A stretch of DNA of 64,000 nucleotides from Monocercomonoides exilis PA203 (GCA_001643675.2 LSRY02000015.1:992001-1056000), one strand, 5' to 3'; counted from the stretch's first letter, positions 40,178 to 53,826 are shown. Program-made: numbers and translations. Notes: a model not told the origin generated them from the sequence alone.

Positions 40178-43100
40178 ATGTTTAGTAACAAATCAAAAAC
40201 TGATAAAAGTCGAATTGCATCAACTATTGTAGATACGATATTTCATGCATCACCTGAGGATCCGGAGGGATGTTTTGAATATTTTGTTTTCCGCTCCAAA
40301 TTTGGTGAATCCTTCCGGAAAGTGTTGGAGGTTAATCGCGCTGGTATGTTTAATTTTTGATAACATATGGGGGGAAATACGGACTTTCAAGCTTTTTTTG
40401 CACAAGGAATTGAAAATTTGCTTCACTCATAACGAAATTACGCGTTCTCAAATTTTAAATTAAATTGGAATTTCAGATCCTTGAATAAATGTTAAAGATA
40501 TCACTCCATAATGTTTTGTGACCTCGTTCGCATTCCACAAAATGAACACATTTATTTAATATTTTTTTGATCACAAAAAGTTCATCAAAGGCGCATAATT
40601 TTTCAATGAAAATGCCTGAAGTTAAATATTTTGTCCCATATGGATAATTAACAATCATTTTAATCTTCTTTGGTAATTGCTGTTTGCATCATATTCTTTG
40701 TTGGTAGAGAAATTCAACAAAATACTTCAGTACCTTGCTTCTTATTCAAAGTCTTTGTCAAAAAAAGATGGTGTTTCCCTTCTGTCGGAGCTATCTTCTT
40801 AGATATCTTTAAAAGAACTCAAAGATAACGGCTGGGGCATAACTCCCGGAGAATATTACTATTCATTGGAGAAAAACAAAGCCACAGCACCTACAGCCTT
40901 ATCAAACAGTGATAAAGATGTTCTTTCAATTAAAAGTTTTTTTTATCTTCATTTTTTTTTAATTTTTCTTTCATTTTTCATTAAAAATACATTTTTTTGT
41001 AAATTGTTAAATAAAACATGTATTTTTTGAATGATATTTTTTTTAGATGAAAAAGAGTTTCGAATGGCAGAAAGCTGGCTTTTAAGCCAAAGCTCTTGCA
41101 GATGCGAAAACTCGAGAAGGAAAATAACAAGTTTGATTATTGTTTAAATTTTTTTCTTCAAGTTTTTCGTTTAAAAATTTAACAAAATAACTGTTGTCGA
41201 ATTATTTTTTTAACTTTCAGATTTTGTTTCAAATGAAAAAAAGCCAGAAGATATTGCGAAGCGATTGAGCAATACAGTATGTCATTAAAAAAATAAAAAA
41301 GAAGAAGAATCCGAAAAAGAAAATATAGAAAATAAAAAAAAATGAAATGAAAAAAATAAAAGAAAAAACATACAATAAAATAAAAGAAACTTAAAAAAAG
41401 AATGAAGTGATAATTTCAAAAGATAAAAAGATAATAAAAGAAAATAATAAAAAAAAATAAAAAAGAAGATAAACAATTAAAAGAAAAATTAATAAATAAT
41501 AATATAAAATACATAAAAAGCGTAACAAATATTTTTTAAAATCATTTAATCCAAAAAAGCAAATATGAAATTTCCAATTCATTCAAATCAAAACATAACA
41601 CAACACCATCAAATTTTATCAATGAAAGTTCCAAGGCTACGTCGAGGTGTGCTGGGGGGAGCGTTGGAATGTTGACCAAAATAAAAACAAATATTATCAT
41701 AAATGATTTTCACAATAAAAAAGAAAAGAATAAAAGAAAAAATAGAAAAGATAAAAAAGAAAATATTGAAAAAAATAAGAAAAATGAAGGACATAGAAAT
41801 AATGAATATGAAAATAAAAATGGAAATAAATATAGTCTTAAAGAAACAAATGATAATATAAAATATACCCATTTTGAAGATAATTACAATTATTTAGATT
41901 TGTCTAACAATAACCTTTTGAGTGATGCATTTTATTTACATAATTTTTATTCAAACATAACCTTTTCCAAAATCAATATTCCCAAATTTTCTTTCGACGA
42001 AACTGATGCTGAAGACTTTGGAGCTGCGAGCGGTGCGGATGCTGGTGTGTAAGAGGATGGAAAGACATGTGGGGCTGATGCGTTTAAAGCAGGAAGTGCG
42101 AGGGATGCTGAAGTGTTTGGAGCTTGAAGTGAATGCTGGGCTGATGAATCAGAAGATGGTAGGATAGGTGGGATTGATGGATTTCGGTCAACATGCGGGG
42201 CTGGTGCTGATGAAGGTGGAGTTGCTATGGAAAAAGAGTTGGGTGGTGGAGAAGTTGGAACGAAAGGAGGGTTGGATGCTGGGGAAATTGGAATGGAAAT
42301 AGAGTTGGATGGAGGAAAAGAAGGAGTGGAGGGAGGGTTGGATAGAGGGAGTGATGGTGGACATGTCGATGGAAATTCAGAAAATAATATTTGTTTGTTG
42401 AAAAATATGAAAAGGAAAAGAAAAGGCTTTGGAGTTTTTTCTCCAAATGATAAAAGATTAATTGAAAAAACCAAAAAAGAATTATTTAATGAAATGAAGA
42501 AAGAAGTGGAAGTCAAGATGTCCTATTCGACATTTTGCAAGAAAACAAAAAATTTTATAAAATCAAAGAAAAGGACTGATTTATGTGAAATCTGTGAAAG
42601 AGGAAAATATCTAGAAAAGAAAAAGAAAGAAACAGAAAGAAAAGGATTAAAATTGAGCCAAACTGAAGATGATGAATTGAATTTAATAATTCATCATCGA
42701 AAAATGGCCCGACATCAAAAATAAAAAAAAATTTTTTTTGGGAAGTTAGAAATTTTATGAAAAAAATGAAGTTTTAATTTTAATGGATTTTAAAGAAAAT
42801 TGGAGTTTGCCAATTTTTAATAATGAAACTTTTAAATCTTTCTTCACTAAAAAACAATTTTCTCATTAATGTTTTGTTGTTTATTATCTTGATTGTTTTG
42901 GAGCTTTACAAAAATGTTGTTTCAATTTTATTTCTGAAATTTTATCTCATGATTATCGTTTTGTTTTGGAGTGTTTAAATAAGTTATTACGTTTCGATAT
43001 TTTTTCGAATATTTTTTCTTTTCATTTTTTCTGTGATAATGGTCCTCATTTTCGTAATTCACAAATTTTTCATTCACTATTTTCTCCTAATTCTTTATTG

Positions 43101-43780
43101 TTTTTAAATAAACACTGCTCGCTGTCGTTTTTTGCTGAACATCACGGAAAAAATGAATGTGATTGTAAGTTTGGTTTTTTAACAAATTTAATTAATAATA
43201 AACTTGGCAATAAAGTTTTGAATGATATTTTTGATTTAATTGATTTTTTTTGTTATAATTGTGATTCATATTTATTTAACACAAATTCTGTTAATTCATC
43301 TTTTTTCATTTCTGATTCTTTAAATAGTAACTTTAATTATTCTTCTTATATTTTTTCTTTTTCTCAAAATCAGGTTAAAAAGAATAATGAAACGAAGCAT
43401 TATTTTTTAAGGTTTGAATTTATTTATTTATTAATTTATTAAATTATTTATTTTGTCACAAAGAATTAAAAGAAACAAACTGGAATGAAATGAAAATAAA
43501 AGGTTTGAAAAATTATTTGTTTTTTTAAAAAGATTCAGGGAAACTTCTCGTATCGCGAATCAGCTGCGAAAATAGCTCAGGGATGTTTGAAATTGAATAT
43601 AAAATTATGAAAAAATTAGAAACAAAAAAAGAAAAGTTTTTGAAAGAAACGACAATAAAAAAAAATGATTATTTTATTTTAGAAAAAGGATAATTCGGAA
43701 AAGGTGTGAAGAAAGAAATTGAAAAGAGAATGAAATTTTTAAATTTACATAAAGAAAAAGAAGTTTTGAATTTTAATAAT
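40178..43780 (+). pseudogene. Intron-containing Sola2-like DDD transposase, disrupted
   Basis: TDLCEIC, MDFKEN (D at 42786), SHD, CDNGPHFRN (D at 43035), FFAEHHGKNECD..FG (D at 43161) and KIKGLKNY. These resemble the Sola2 motifs DFSEN, SDG and HGK..CD. Upstream exons with GT-AG introns begin at 40178. Stops and a frameshift near 42725-42780. Confidence 0.65.
40369..40637. mobile_element. MITE (269 bp) in the putative first intron of the Sola-like gene
   Basis: ATAT|GGGGGGAAATACGGACTTTCAAGC ... AAATATTTTGTCCC|ATAT. It is a reverse-oriented homolog of 62314..62580. Confidence 0.85.
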
Positions 43781-43997
43781 AATTTTTTTTTTATAATTCA
43801 AATAATTCTTTCGATTCAAATTGTTTGACAAGTGAAACAGGTATGTCACAGGTGTGTAATTTAAATTCTAAAAATTCATTTTGTAATTCATTTTCTGATA
43901 ATCATTCTTTTAACGATTCTATTGAAAATTCTTTTTTTAATTGAAACACTTTTTTAGCAAATTTTCATTGTATAATTTGAAAAAATAGATATGAAGG

Positions 43998-44031
<34 letters not shown>

Positions 44032-44689
44032 CTGTTGTGAGTGATTGATAATAATTTTTGTAATAAACAAACTATTAAATTATTTAGTATTAAATTTCAA
44101 TTTTATTAATTATTAATTATTTTTTATTTTCATTTTTTTTTTTAATTAAACAAACAAATTAATTAATAAAAAATAAAAGTTTAATTAAATGAGAAATAAT
44201 AAATATTTGTTTATGCTTATCCAATGAATCCGAATTATATTCGGCTGAGGACTAGACTGATTCAATCATGTTGCTTTATTATTTCTTTATAATAGAGTAA
44301 CTTGCAGGACTTGGGTCCAGAATCAGTTTCCCAGGTAAATAAATGTTTATCATAATTATTATTTATAAAAATGAAAGTTTAAAAAATATTCAGTGAATAA
44401 TTTAATTTTATGTTGAAATTTTTGTTTTAAATTACGGGTGGAACAAAATTTGGAAAAAGAAAATTTCGCCCCATATCACAGATATTTTGATCAAAACCAT
44501 CAAGAATGTTTTATTTTCCGATATTTCACAATTTGTCTGGCTTTTTGGAGAACAGAACAAACCTAGATATATTTTCAACGGTTTGTCAGTTTTCTTTTTA
44601 TCTTTAAGTATTTAATGAATTTTTGTTGTTTTTGGTAAAAAAGGAATAGTATCATAAATAAACATTATTGATTATGATTTTGTATCAAT

Positions 44690-47600
44690 TTCTTGATCAA
44701 TATTCTGCAGAATCAAAAGAAGAAGCGCCGATTGTTCTTTCTTCCGAAGCAAACAATCTTCAACAATCAGTATTAAACGCCAGCGAAGCAAATGAAGGAG
44801 ATGAAATAGTACAAGAAGAAAGAAACATTCCAACTGACGCTTCAATCAGCTCATCTTCTTCTGCCTCAGATCCAACAGACTCTTCTGACTCCTCTGATTC
44901 TTCTAATTCCTCAGACCATCCACAAACACCCAAACCAGATTAACAAAACATTCCGCAGCAGAAAGAGCGTTCCAGCGCGCTTTCTGCTCTGCACCAGAAA
45001 AATACCTTTGATGTGCTGCGGCAAAGCAGCAAGCTCAAATCCACCAGCGATCCGGACTACCACATCCCTCCTGCCACCCTCACCAGTGAGGAAAATCTGA
45101 TTTCAATGTTGATCATCTCTCATTAGATGCAGCAGCCTTCATTCTTGCACACGGTTGTGCTTGTGAACCAAACAGAAGGGCTTGATATGTCAGATAAAGA
45201 ATTTATTCCGTTTCTTCGCTTTCATCATCAATGACATATTCCTTAACAAATTCTTCTTTATCTGCTTCTTCGGCTTCTTGTTGTTCTCGTGCACACAACA
45301 AGACCATTCATCCTGGAATGTTCTTCCCAACATCACTAATTCTTCACCACTTGTCTGAGATGCTCGAAAACTGCTGCTCCATCAGCCATGTTTCTGTCTT
45401 GTAGCTCATCGAACTCTTTCATCTGAATGCACAATTTATCCTCACCAACTGCAATTGTATTCTCCTCCTTACAATCACATCTGTGATGCTCACAATTGCA
45501 TCATCGCTTTTCTCTGTCCCTGCAATCTCTTCATGCTTCTTCGACTCCAGTTCAAAGTTAAAAATTCTGTCTCTTCTCGAAGCAACACAAACGGACAGGC
45601 AAAGCAAGAAGATGATCCACAAAACATTCAGCGGAGCCTCGTCGAGTGCGAATACTGAAACATATCGTACAGAAAAGGACTGTAATCTCCAATTGCTCGC
45701 CACTCCAATCATCACAAATGCATATACCATCATTCGCGAGCTGCTGAACCTTCTGGGAAAATGTCAGAGAGAATAGTCAAACGGCTTGACACCACAAATT
45801 CAAAGTCACTTTCATCACATTCTGACAGTTCCAACGCCATCAAAGACAAATCAAATGGAATTGAAACAGAAGGTGAACAGCAGTCTCCGTCTTCTTCACT
45901 TTCCAAAGTGTCATCGAGCCAGAGCTCCTATTTATCAACATCAAAATCATCTGCACCTGTTCAACAGCCCCCTATTCTGCACTTTTCATCATCATCATTT
46001 TCTTCTACTTCGATTCAAACTGCACTGTCAACTTCTCCCCTTATTAATTGTAATGCAGTCATTTCACCTCCTCCTCCATCTCCTCCTCTTTCCATCACTG
46101 ATTTATCTTCTCAAATTCAACCCAATCTTTTCTTTCTTTTGCACACTGCTCAAAGAAGCTCACTTTTCAGCTCTGTCTTTCTGAACGATCACTATGTTGG
46201 TGATGTGCTTCTGATTGTTTGACTTCATTTTGCATCTATTCAAAACAAGGCTCCATCCTGAACTGCTTCGTGCGCAATGATTTCGTCCTTCCAAGCGCAA
46301 TCGCATTCAACACCTGAACTCGATTCCTCGTTTTATTTTGATTCCTCTCCGTCTTCGCAGCTCATTCCGCTTGTGTCTGCCTCTCTTTACATCCTCACCA
46401 CACTTCTGACTGCTGCTGAGTCCACAAGAGCAGTCGCCACGACTCTTACACTCATTTTCATGGACAATCCGGTTGGCTTCATTCATTTCTTTGTGTTTGC
46501 AGAACAACTGCTGGGCATGGGGAAGGAGAAAAAGAAAGAGGAAAGCGAATAATGCTTTCCAAAAGAGAATGCTTATTCGCTGCTTGCGCCATCACATTCG
46601 TCCGAGACAACCAAAAAGGTTTCTTCGTTCTATCTTTCTTTCCTGTCAGATCTGCCTTCGCTTGAAACTCTTTCCTCGTCCTCTGCTTCTTCTCTGCTTC
46701 TTCTGATGATAGGTTCTTCCTTTGTGCGATGCTGCTTCTCCCTCTAGTTCTCCACATTTCCAAACAAAGTTCTCCATTTGTTCTCCATTGAGCTTGCTCT
46801 AACAACTTTTTGTCATTTGCTTTTAGGACTACAGACACTCACTCAACTCTTGTTGTTCTCTTCGCTGCCAATGATCCTCACTCTCAGATTACGAATTGAA
46901 CACTGGGACAGCTTGAATTTGGAGGAATGCATACACTCAATGAAATCTATTTGAGCGTCGATGGATTCGTTATCTATTTGAAGCACTTTGAAAGAAAAGC
47001 TGGCAAAGTCGATAGTGCAAACAGAAAATCAGATGAAAAGAAAGAAAATTGCTCGTCCATTAATTAGCATCCAATCTCCAGACATCATCGTTCCATCATC
47101 CGTGTCTTCATTTTAACTAATTGGTGCATCGCAGGCTTCAAATGAGAATCGAAATCTTCAAACATTTCTGGTGTCTGTTTAGCCCAGTTCATCTGTTCAG
47201 CATTCAACTTTGTCATCCCAAGTGTCATCACCTTTTTACAACCGAACTCGAGAGCTGTTGACTCCCACGCTGAACTTCATATTTTCTTAGTCCTGTTTCC
47301 ATTCTGTGCTGTTCTATCCGCTCCATTCGACAATTTCTGATCTTCTCACTTCGTTACCCTCTAACGTCATGCAAGTGCGTTCTGCCTATTTGTCAATCAC
47401 TCTTCTCTCATCTTCTCTCATCTTCTCTTTCCCTCCTCAATTTGAACAGGTGAACGCCTGCTCAGTCACCTCCTTCAAATCCTGCTGTCATGTGGATGTT
47501 CCATCGTCAATTGGTTGAGCAAGAATTCAGAAAAAGGAAAGGTGCTGTAATGGAAGAGCGAGACAGACTGAATTAGCTGGATGAAAAAAGCCACTTTGAG

Positions 47601-49180
47601 GCTGAAGAGGAAGTGGAAGAGACAGATAAAGGATCGACAGAAAAACGTATTGATCTTGCGACGCAGAAAAAGATTGGGGGGATTGCTGATTTGGCAACTG
47701 ATGCGTTATCGGCAGTGGCAAACAAATCTGCAAAGTTAACATCAGCCATCGGGGGAATGTTTTCATTTCTCGGTGGAAAGAAGAATAAAGATGATGAAGA
47801 TGCAGATGATGAGTCATATGAAGAAAGCGAAAAAGAAAGAGAAGAAAATGAAGCTGAAGCCTAGGGAAAAGAAGACAACATACAGAAAACTTCAGAAACT
47901 CAATCGACAACCAATAAAGATCAGGAATCGTATGAGGCAAATGAATCTTCAAGTGATCGAAAGATAGTTGCTGCAAATAATGCTTCACAGTCTCCTTCCA
48001 ACACATTTCAATCCGTTCCAAAATCACACTCAAAAGTTAAGGGTGCATCATCTTGTTCCACTTCCTCTCTTTCTCTTTATGCTTCTTTTCCTTTATTCCT
48101 TCTTCCTTTTTTTGTTTATCTTGCAGATGAGATTGAAGTCATCTGTATTCATCGACTCACTCGAATAGCTTCTGTTGATTTCAGCCTGCTTCCACAGTCT
48201 CCTTCAAGAAAAATATATTCACATTGTTCACGTTGCGATGATTATGCATTGAATATTGTTCACAAAGTGCTCATAACAAAATCATCTGATCAAACTTTTT
48301 CACCAAGTCAGCAGATTTCGATTGAAACTACTTCTTGGCAATCAAATAAGCACAACAACCAAGAGATTCCGTTCTCATATCTAATAGCAGTTAGAAATTC
48401 GAAGAGATCTGCATCTTCTAATTCTTTTACTCCTCTGAAGGATGCTGTGTTCCCTGTTCTGTCTGCAACGGAAATCAATGCAAGAAGACGATGTGAAGGA
48501 GAAAGTTCGAATGATTCTGCAATCGATTATGAGAATGATGATTATCCTTCGAATTTATTCACAACTCGAACTCATCAATTAAACAAAATTCCCTTTATCC
48601 ATTCAGTGAGTTGAATTCTGTGGGAGCATCGTCACTTTTCCAAGTTGTCCAAAAGCTTTTCAATCTGCCTTTTTCTTTTTCCACGTCACTTTCATCACCT
48701 CCTGTCCGTCACACCTGGCTAGTTTGCTTTCTCTGATACAGAATGTGTCACTATGGTCAGCCTCCTTCAACTTCCTCATTCCGCTCGAAAAGAGCATCCT
48801 CAACAGCTTTACGCTTGGAATGTCGCAACTCACAGACTTTGTCTCCAACCTGGCTGTCAACGAGGAAGCATACCGAGGCAGCTCGCAGTTCTGCTTTGAA
48901 GAGATGTGTGTTGGTTTGGAGATGATGAATGTGCCGTCTGCTTTTGCATACGTGCCTCCTTAGTCTGCGCCATCTCTGCGTCTCCTACGCCGAGTCGCTT
49001 TCATTTTGGAGGGAGATCCAGAAAAGCCTCTTTTCCCTTCGTTCTCTTCCAGCGAACTGCTGCCATCCCGTGTTTATTCTTCCTCGTTAAGCAAACAGCA
49101 TTGATGTAAACTTGGATAGTGCTTTTTCTATGAGCAATGACGAACTTCTCCATGCAAATCGTCTCACAATATGAATCACT
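44690..49180 (+). pseudogene. Large Ser-rich host-like gene with many nonsense codons and frameshifts
   Basis: Chain of co-oriented ORFs (44668, 45483, 45761, 46277, 47613, 48249, 48724) separated by single stops or shifts. No domain was recognised. Confidence 0.45.
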
Positions 49181-49360
49181 CATTAATTTTCGTTAATGAA
49201 AAAAACCACTTCATCATTGTTATTTAAATATTCGAATATTGAAATTGTTGTTTATTAAGTTAGATTCTCAGTGAATTGTAAAAAATCGATAGAGAGATAA
49301 GAGAAAATGAAAGTTGCAAGTTGTGGTGGTTGATAATTTTTTCTTCTTTTGTGGGTTTTG

Positions 49361-50950
49361 TTAAGGAAGAGTTATTGGCTTATTTGGTGAACCAATTGTT
49401 TTATTCTTCATCCCGCTCCTGAGAAGTTTCAATTGAAAGGATTGTTTTATTTGCTTCAATTTTTCTTGAAACTTTTTTTCTAAAGCATTTTGACGTTGTT
49501 GAACATAATATTGAGTCCATTCTTTATATAACTCTGATCCTTCGGTTTTAATATGTCTTGTTATCAAAGAGTTATACACGTTCCTCTTTGTTGTTTGTGA
49601 TTGTTCTTTCATTTCTTTCCTTTTCATCTTTTGATCCTCGGATATTTCATCTGCATTTTGGTTATTGGACTTTCCTTCATATTCTTTAAATTCATCTCCT
49701 TCAACGAGTTCATTTTCGTCATGCTTGAAATGAAGTCGTTCGTTACAACGCTGATTTTGCATGCTATTCAAATAATCACCATGCCTATCATCGCCCTTGT
49801 TTTCCAATGAGCAAAACTCAGTATCTGCGAAAGCAACATCATTGAATTTATCGGACGAACTATCCTCTTCAAAGAAATCATTGGATGCAGATATATCTTT
49901 TTATCATTTTCATCAACGGAACATTTTTCATGATTGCTATCAGTGTTATTTGATTCTTCTGTTTCTTTTTCATTGATTCTGTTTCTCTTTGTTCTTTTTG
50001 GTAATTTATCAAGATCATCCGTATCATATAAAACACATTCTTGATTTGATTTTTCTTCATCCATTTTTTTCATCTCGTATAATTCATTCATCTGCTTCTT
50101 TTCTTATTTTTGAATAGTTTCAATCTTTTTTTCACAATCTTCGAAAGTCTTTAAAAATGTGTTCAGTTCTTTAATAATTACTGTTGATAAATCGCTTGTA
50201 ATTTTTGTTGACTTTTGTGAATATTGAATCTATATATATGAATTCATATATATGTGTAATTATTTTTGAAAAGTCGCAAATGTTTAATCTTCAAATTAAT
50301 CAAAAATTTCATATCTTGATCAAATTTCGGTTCTGGCTCATGCAACTTCACCTAAGCGGAGGATATAATTTGACAATGTTATTTTACACATTCCTGTAAA
50401 GTTGCATGAGCGGGAACCGAAATTTGATCAAGATATGAAATTTTTTATTTGTTTAAAAAAATAAATATTTTGGACTGTTAAAAAAGAATCACACATAATA
50501 TGTGTGATTATTTTCGAAATCATATTTTTTCTGTCAAAAATTTCGGTTTGAATTTTTGTCATTTATATTCATCTATAAAACGTTCAAAGTGGTTGACACT
50601 GTTGAGTACAAATCCTTCTTTTTCTTTTCCACTTTATGCTGACCATATATCAAAAACCAATTTTCATGTTTATCAATATTGTTTTTCACACATTTAATAA
50701 TTGCCTTTTCTGTTCTGTCTAAAATAGATTCAATTTTTATTTTTTGTATTCTTTTCTTTTTCTTTTCTTTCAACAATTCCCCAGAGCCATTGTTGCTCTC
50801 TGATTCTTCCAATTCCGTTCTTTCTTTGAGTAATAAATGTTTCGTCAAGTTCTACGTTTCTATCCATTCCGAATTTATCATTTCGATTCATTTCAATAAA
50901 TATACAAATTCATTTCATCAGTTCGTTGAATTTCAACACAGAAAATTTTG
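49361..50950 (-). pseudogene. AT-rich K/E/N-rich ORF of unknown function, interrupted by MITEs
   Basis: Co-oriented ORFs 50573..50848, 49768..50091 and 49361..49807 flank the MITEs at 50254-50560. Confidence 0.35.
50254..50494. mobile_element. Hairpin MITE, homolog of 22751..22990
   Basis: Collinear with 22751..22990, including the spacer AAGCGGAGGATATAATTTGACAATG. ATAT on the left. A second MITE-type end (GTGTGATTATTTTCGAAATCATA) starts at 50502. Confidence 0.88.
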
Positions 50951-51102
50951 AAGTATTTGTTTCTTTAACTGTTTCTTCCACAGAGTGCCTGAACCAAAAA
51001 TAGTTGACAAAATACATTGTCTAAAAAGGACAAAGTTTTATTATTTCAAAGATTGAATTTTTATTCCAACAGTACTCTTTTTGACATTTCAAACATCTAT
51101 AT

Positions 51103-51336
51103 GTATAAATTTTTTGAAAAGTTCCTTTTGATTATTTTTCTAAATAAAATTTCATATTTCGATCAAATTTCTGTTTCCACTCACGAATCTTCTTGAGAAT
51201 GTTTGAAATTGCATTATCCAGAAATAGATTCCATATTAGTGAAGTTATGTATATGTTAACAAAAATCTGAGCAAAATATGGAATTTTTGATTTATTAGAA
51301 AATTAAACGTTTGCGACTTTTCAAAAAGAATAACAC
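51103..51336. mobile_element. Diverged hairpin MITE of the 22751 family
   Basis: Retains TTTGAAAAGT..., GATCAAATTTCTGTT and TTTGCGACTTTTCAAAAA. Confidence 0.7.
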
Positions 51337-51379
51337 TGCTTTTCAGATTTATTGAAATTGATAAAAAGACAATTGGATT

Positions 51380-52080
51380 TTGGGGGAGTGTGGTAAGAGT
51401 TGTGTGCATGAATATGTGGAATGAGAGCCAAGTCCAAATAGGAGGTGAAGGAAAGACAGTAGAGATTGATGAGGCTGTCTGGAGAAGGAGAAAATTCAAG
51501 AGAGGAAGGAAAAAAGAGCAGATTAGGATTTTTGGACGGGAAGAGAGTTTGGAAGGTGAAGGAGCTGGTTTCAGGCACGTGATGATTGTGCACAATTGCA
51601 GAAAAGAAACTTTGTTACCAATCATACTGGAAAGAATACGCCCCGGAACAACAATCATGTCTGATAAGTTGAATGCTTATTCCACTTTGAATCCTCACAA
51701 TTACACACACAAAACGGTGTGTCACAAACGATATAATGTGGAAAATGAAAGTGGAGCTTGCACCAATACAATTGATTGATCGTGGGACACTCTCTGATTG
51801 CATTTTCCTTACATATAGAGTAAGGAAATCACTGATGCATGATCATTTGGCTATTTTGATGGTGAAATAAACGAAAGATTATGAATTTTCCGATATTTTG
51901 ATGCACATTTCAAACTATAAACCTGTGGAACCCCATGCGCCTGAACCAGAACCTGACACAGAAGACGAAAATACTGACATTCCTGGAATTAATGATATTT
52001 TTCATGAAGGATTGAATGACGAAGAACCATCAGGATTAACTTAAGATGAAGAAAAAACCTCTGATGATAAACCTTAAAAA
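51380..52080 (+). pseudogene. Merlin/ISXO2-like (IS1595-type DDE) transposase fragment
   Basis: IGGEGKTVEIDE..RRKFKRGR..IFG..ETLLPII..I.PGTTIMSD..AY..L..H.TVCH..CTNTID. 5'-truncated next to a MITE, with stops downstream. Confidence 0.88.
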
Positions 52081-52659
52081 TTTTGAAATTACAAATTATT
52101 ATTATTTATATTCTTTTCAAATAAATATTTCCGATACTCAACAGCACACAATATTATCAAAAATAATGTCAATGATTCATGGAAAAGTTGGTTAAAATAT
52201 AAATAAAACCTCCCATATCATACATATGCACCCAAAAATTAAATAATGAATAATCTTGATTCTATTTTTTAATTTCAATAAATGGCTGAGCCTTCCTGAA
52301 ATAATTCTTTCGTTTGAGTTTTGATCAAAATTAAAAAACACTTTTTCCAAGAATTTTAGAATAAATAACAGGAACAGTGAAGAACAACTAACATTCACAT
52401 TGTATCAAAAACGAATAATAATTTAACAAATGATATAAAACTATTTTCTGTTTATTCTTTCACTAAACAAGAATAAAAATTCTAGTCAATGTCACATTTG
52501 GTGGATCTGCCATTTTTTTGCAGATTTTTTTTGATAATGAAAAAGAAGCAATTTATATATTATTGATTCTTGTCAAATGTGTGAGAAAAGTTGTTTAAAT
52601 CAAGAAAATATTAGTATTTTTTTTTGAAAAAATACAAAAAAAACATTTATTCTATGCAT

Positions 52660-53620
52660 TCTGAAGTCGATGTACCATCACCTACTCCTAATTCATCAGA
52701 ACTCGAAAGAGAGAGTAATTTTCAGAGTTGATCTCAATAATGTCATCAATATCAAGCAAATTTGGTTCGTCGTTATTTTCATCATTATCATCGTCATCAT
52801 CAATTTCTTCATGTTTTTTGTGAACCAACTCAACAAATACAGAAAAGGTCAAATTAAAGCAGTTTTTGACAACAAATGAAGATATGAAACCTTGAATAAA
52901 TGCATCTCTCATTCCAAAATCTGTTAGAAATTCCCTGAAATGATGCCACATCCCATCGACAAAGTTTGTGCATGCTCCAGTTGCAGGATCCACATAGTGT
53001 CAAACGTGCACAACAATTTTTTTGAATATAGCCTTCTTTTGCCAATGTTGCATATGCTCTCCAAGAATCACTCACTACAGTCGTTCCAGGCAAATATGTG
53101 CTGTTTAATAATTGGCAAAAAAGAGTTTCTTGAACGATCTTTGACGATTCATAGCATTATTTTCCCAACTTGCTGACCCTCTCTTCTTTCGATTGCTTAA
53201 AAAATCCATTGTTGCATCTTAAGCCTTCCTCTTCACTATTTTCTATGACGTAATAAGCATTCATCTATTTCTACTGTCTTACCTTCACCTCCAAGTTGCA
53301 TAGGCTTGTTGACAAAAGACTGTGTGAAAGCATATCTGCATGCACTGAACCAAAAACAAACTGAGTGCATGTGGATATTCAACAGAAAACAAGTTTGTTT
53401 TATGGCCATTCCAATCCTAAAAAAAGAATAATCATCGTCACTTTTCCAATTTTGATATGCATTTTAAAAACTTTCTTCCATGAAATAATGAACGATTCAC
53501 ACTCCATTTTTTGCACCTCCAAAATCTTTTTTTTTTGTTTTCTCTCAGATTAAATTCATTGGAATTTTGTGTCTTCTTCATCTCGAAACTTTTCCTTTCA
53601 GTTTGTTTCCAACATCCATT
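52660..53620 (-). pseudogene. Merlin/ISXO2-like transposase, degenerate
   Basis: LGGEGKTVEIDE near 53260-53295, PGTTVVSDSWRAY, DPATGACTNFVDGMW and an acidic tail. Several frameshifts. Confidence 0.85.
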
Positions 53621-53826
53621 GCCAAGCTTTATTTTGGCATGAGCTGAATTTACGCGTAAATCTCTATTTCTCTTTAAACTTTGATGATTGATTTATAACT
53701 AATTGTTAATAACATACACACAAACCTGACCTTGCGGAAATGAGATGTTGATATATCATGAAGATTATTTATTTTTGGCAATTTTTTCACAAAAAATAGG
53801 TGAGATCAAAAAATTTTTAAAAGAAA

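Larger units (their letters stand above)
31668..44472 (+). mobile_element. Candidate large Sola2-like element (12.8 kb) with cargo
   Basis: ATAT|GGGGCAAAATTTT at 31668 and AAAATTTCGCCCC|ATAT ending at 44472 form a 13-bp TIR with one mismatch. Both ends carry a subterminal TTTTGTTCCA. A Sola-like transposase lies inside. The pairing of the two ends is inferred. Confidence 0.45.

Noticed and set aside
40369-44472. Treating 40369 as the left terminus of the Sola-like element
   Set aside because: 40369 pairs with CCC|ATAT at 40637 as a 269-bp MITE homologous to 62314..62580, and the gene appears to start upstream at 40178.
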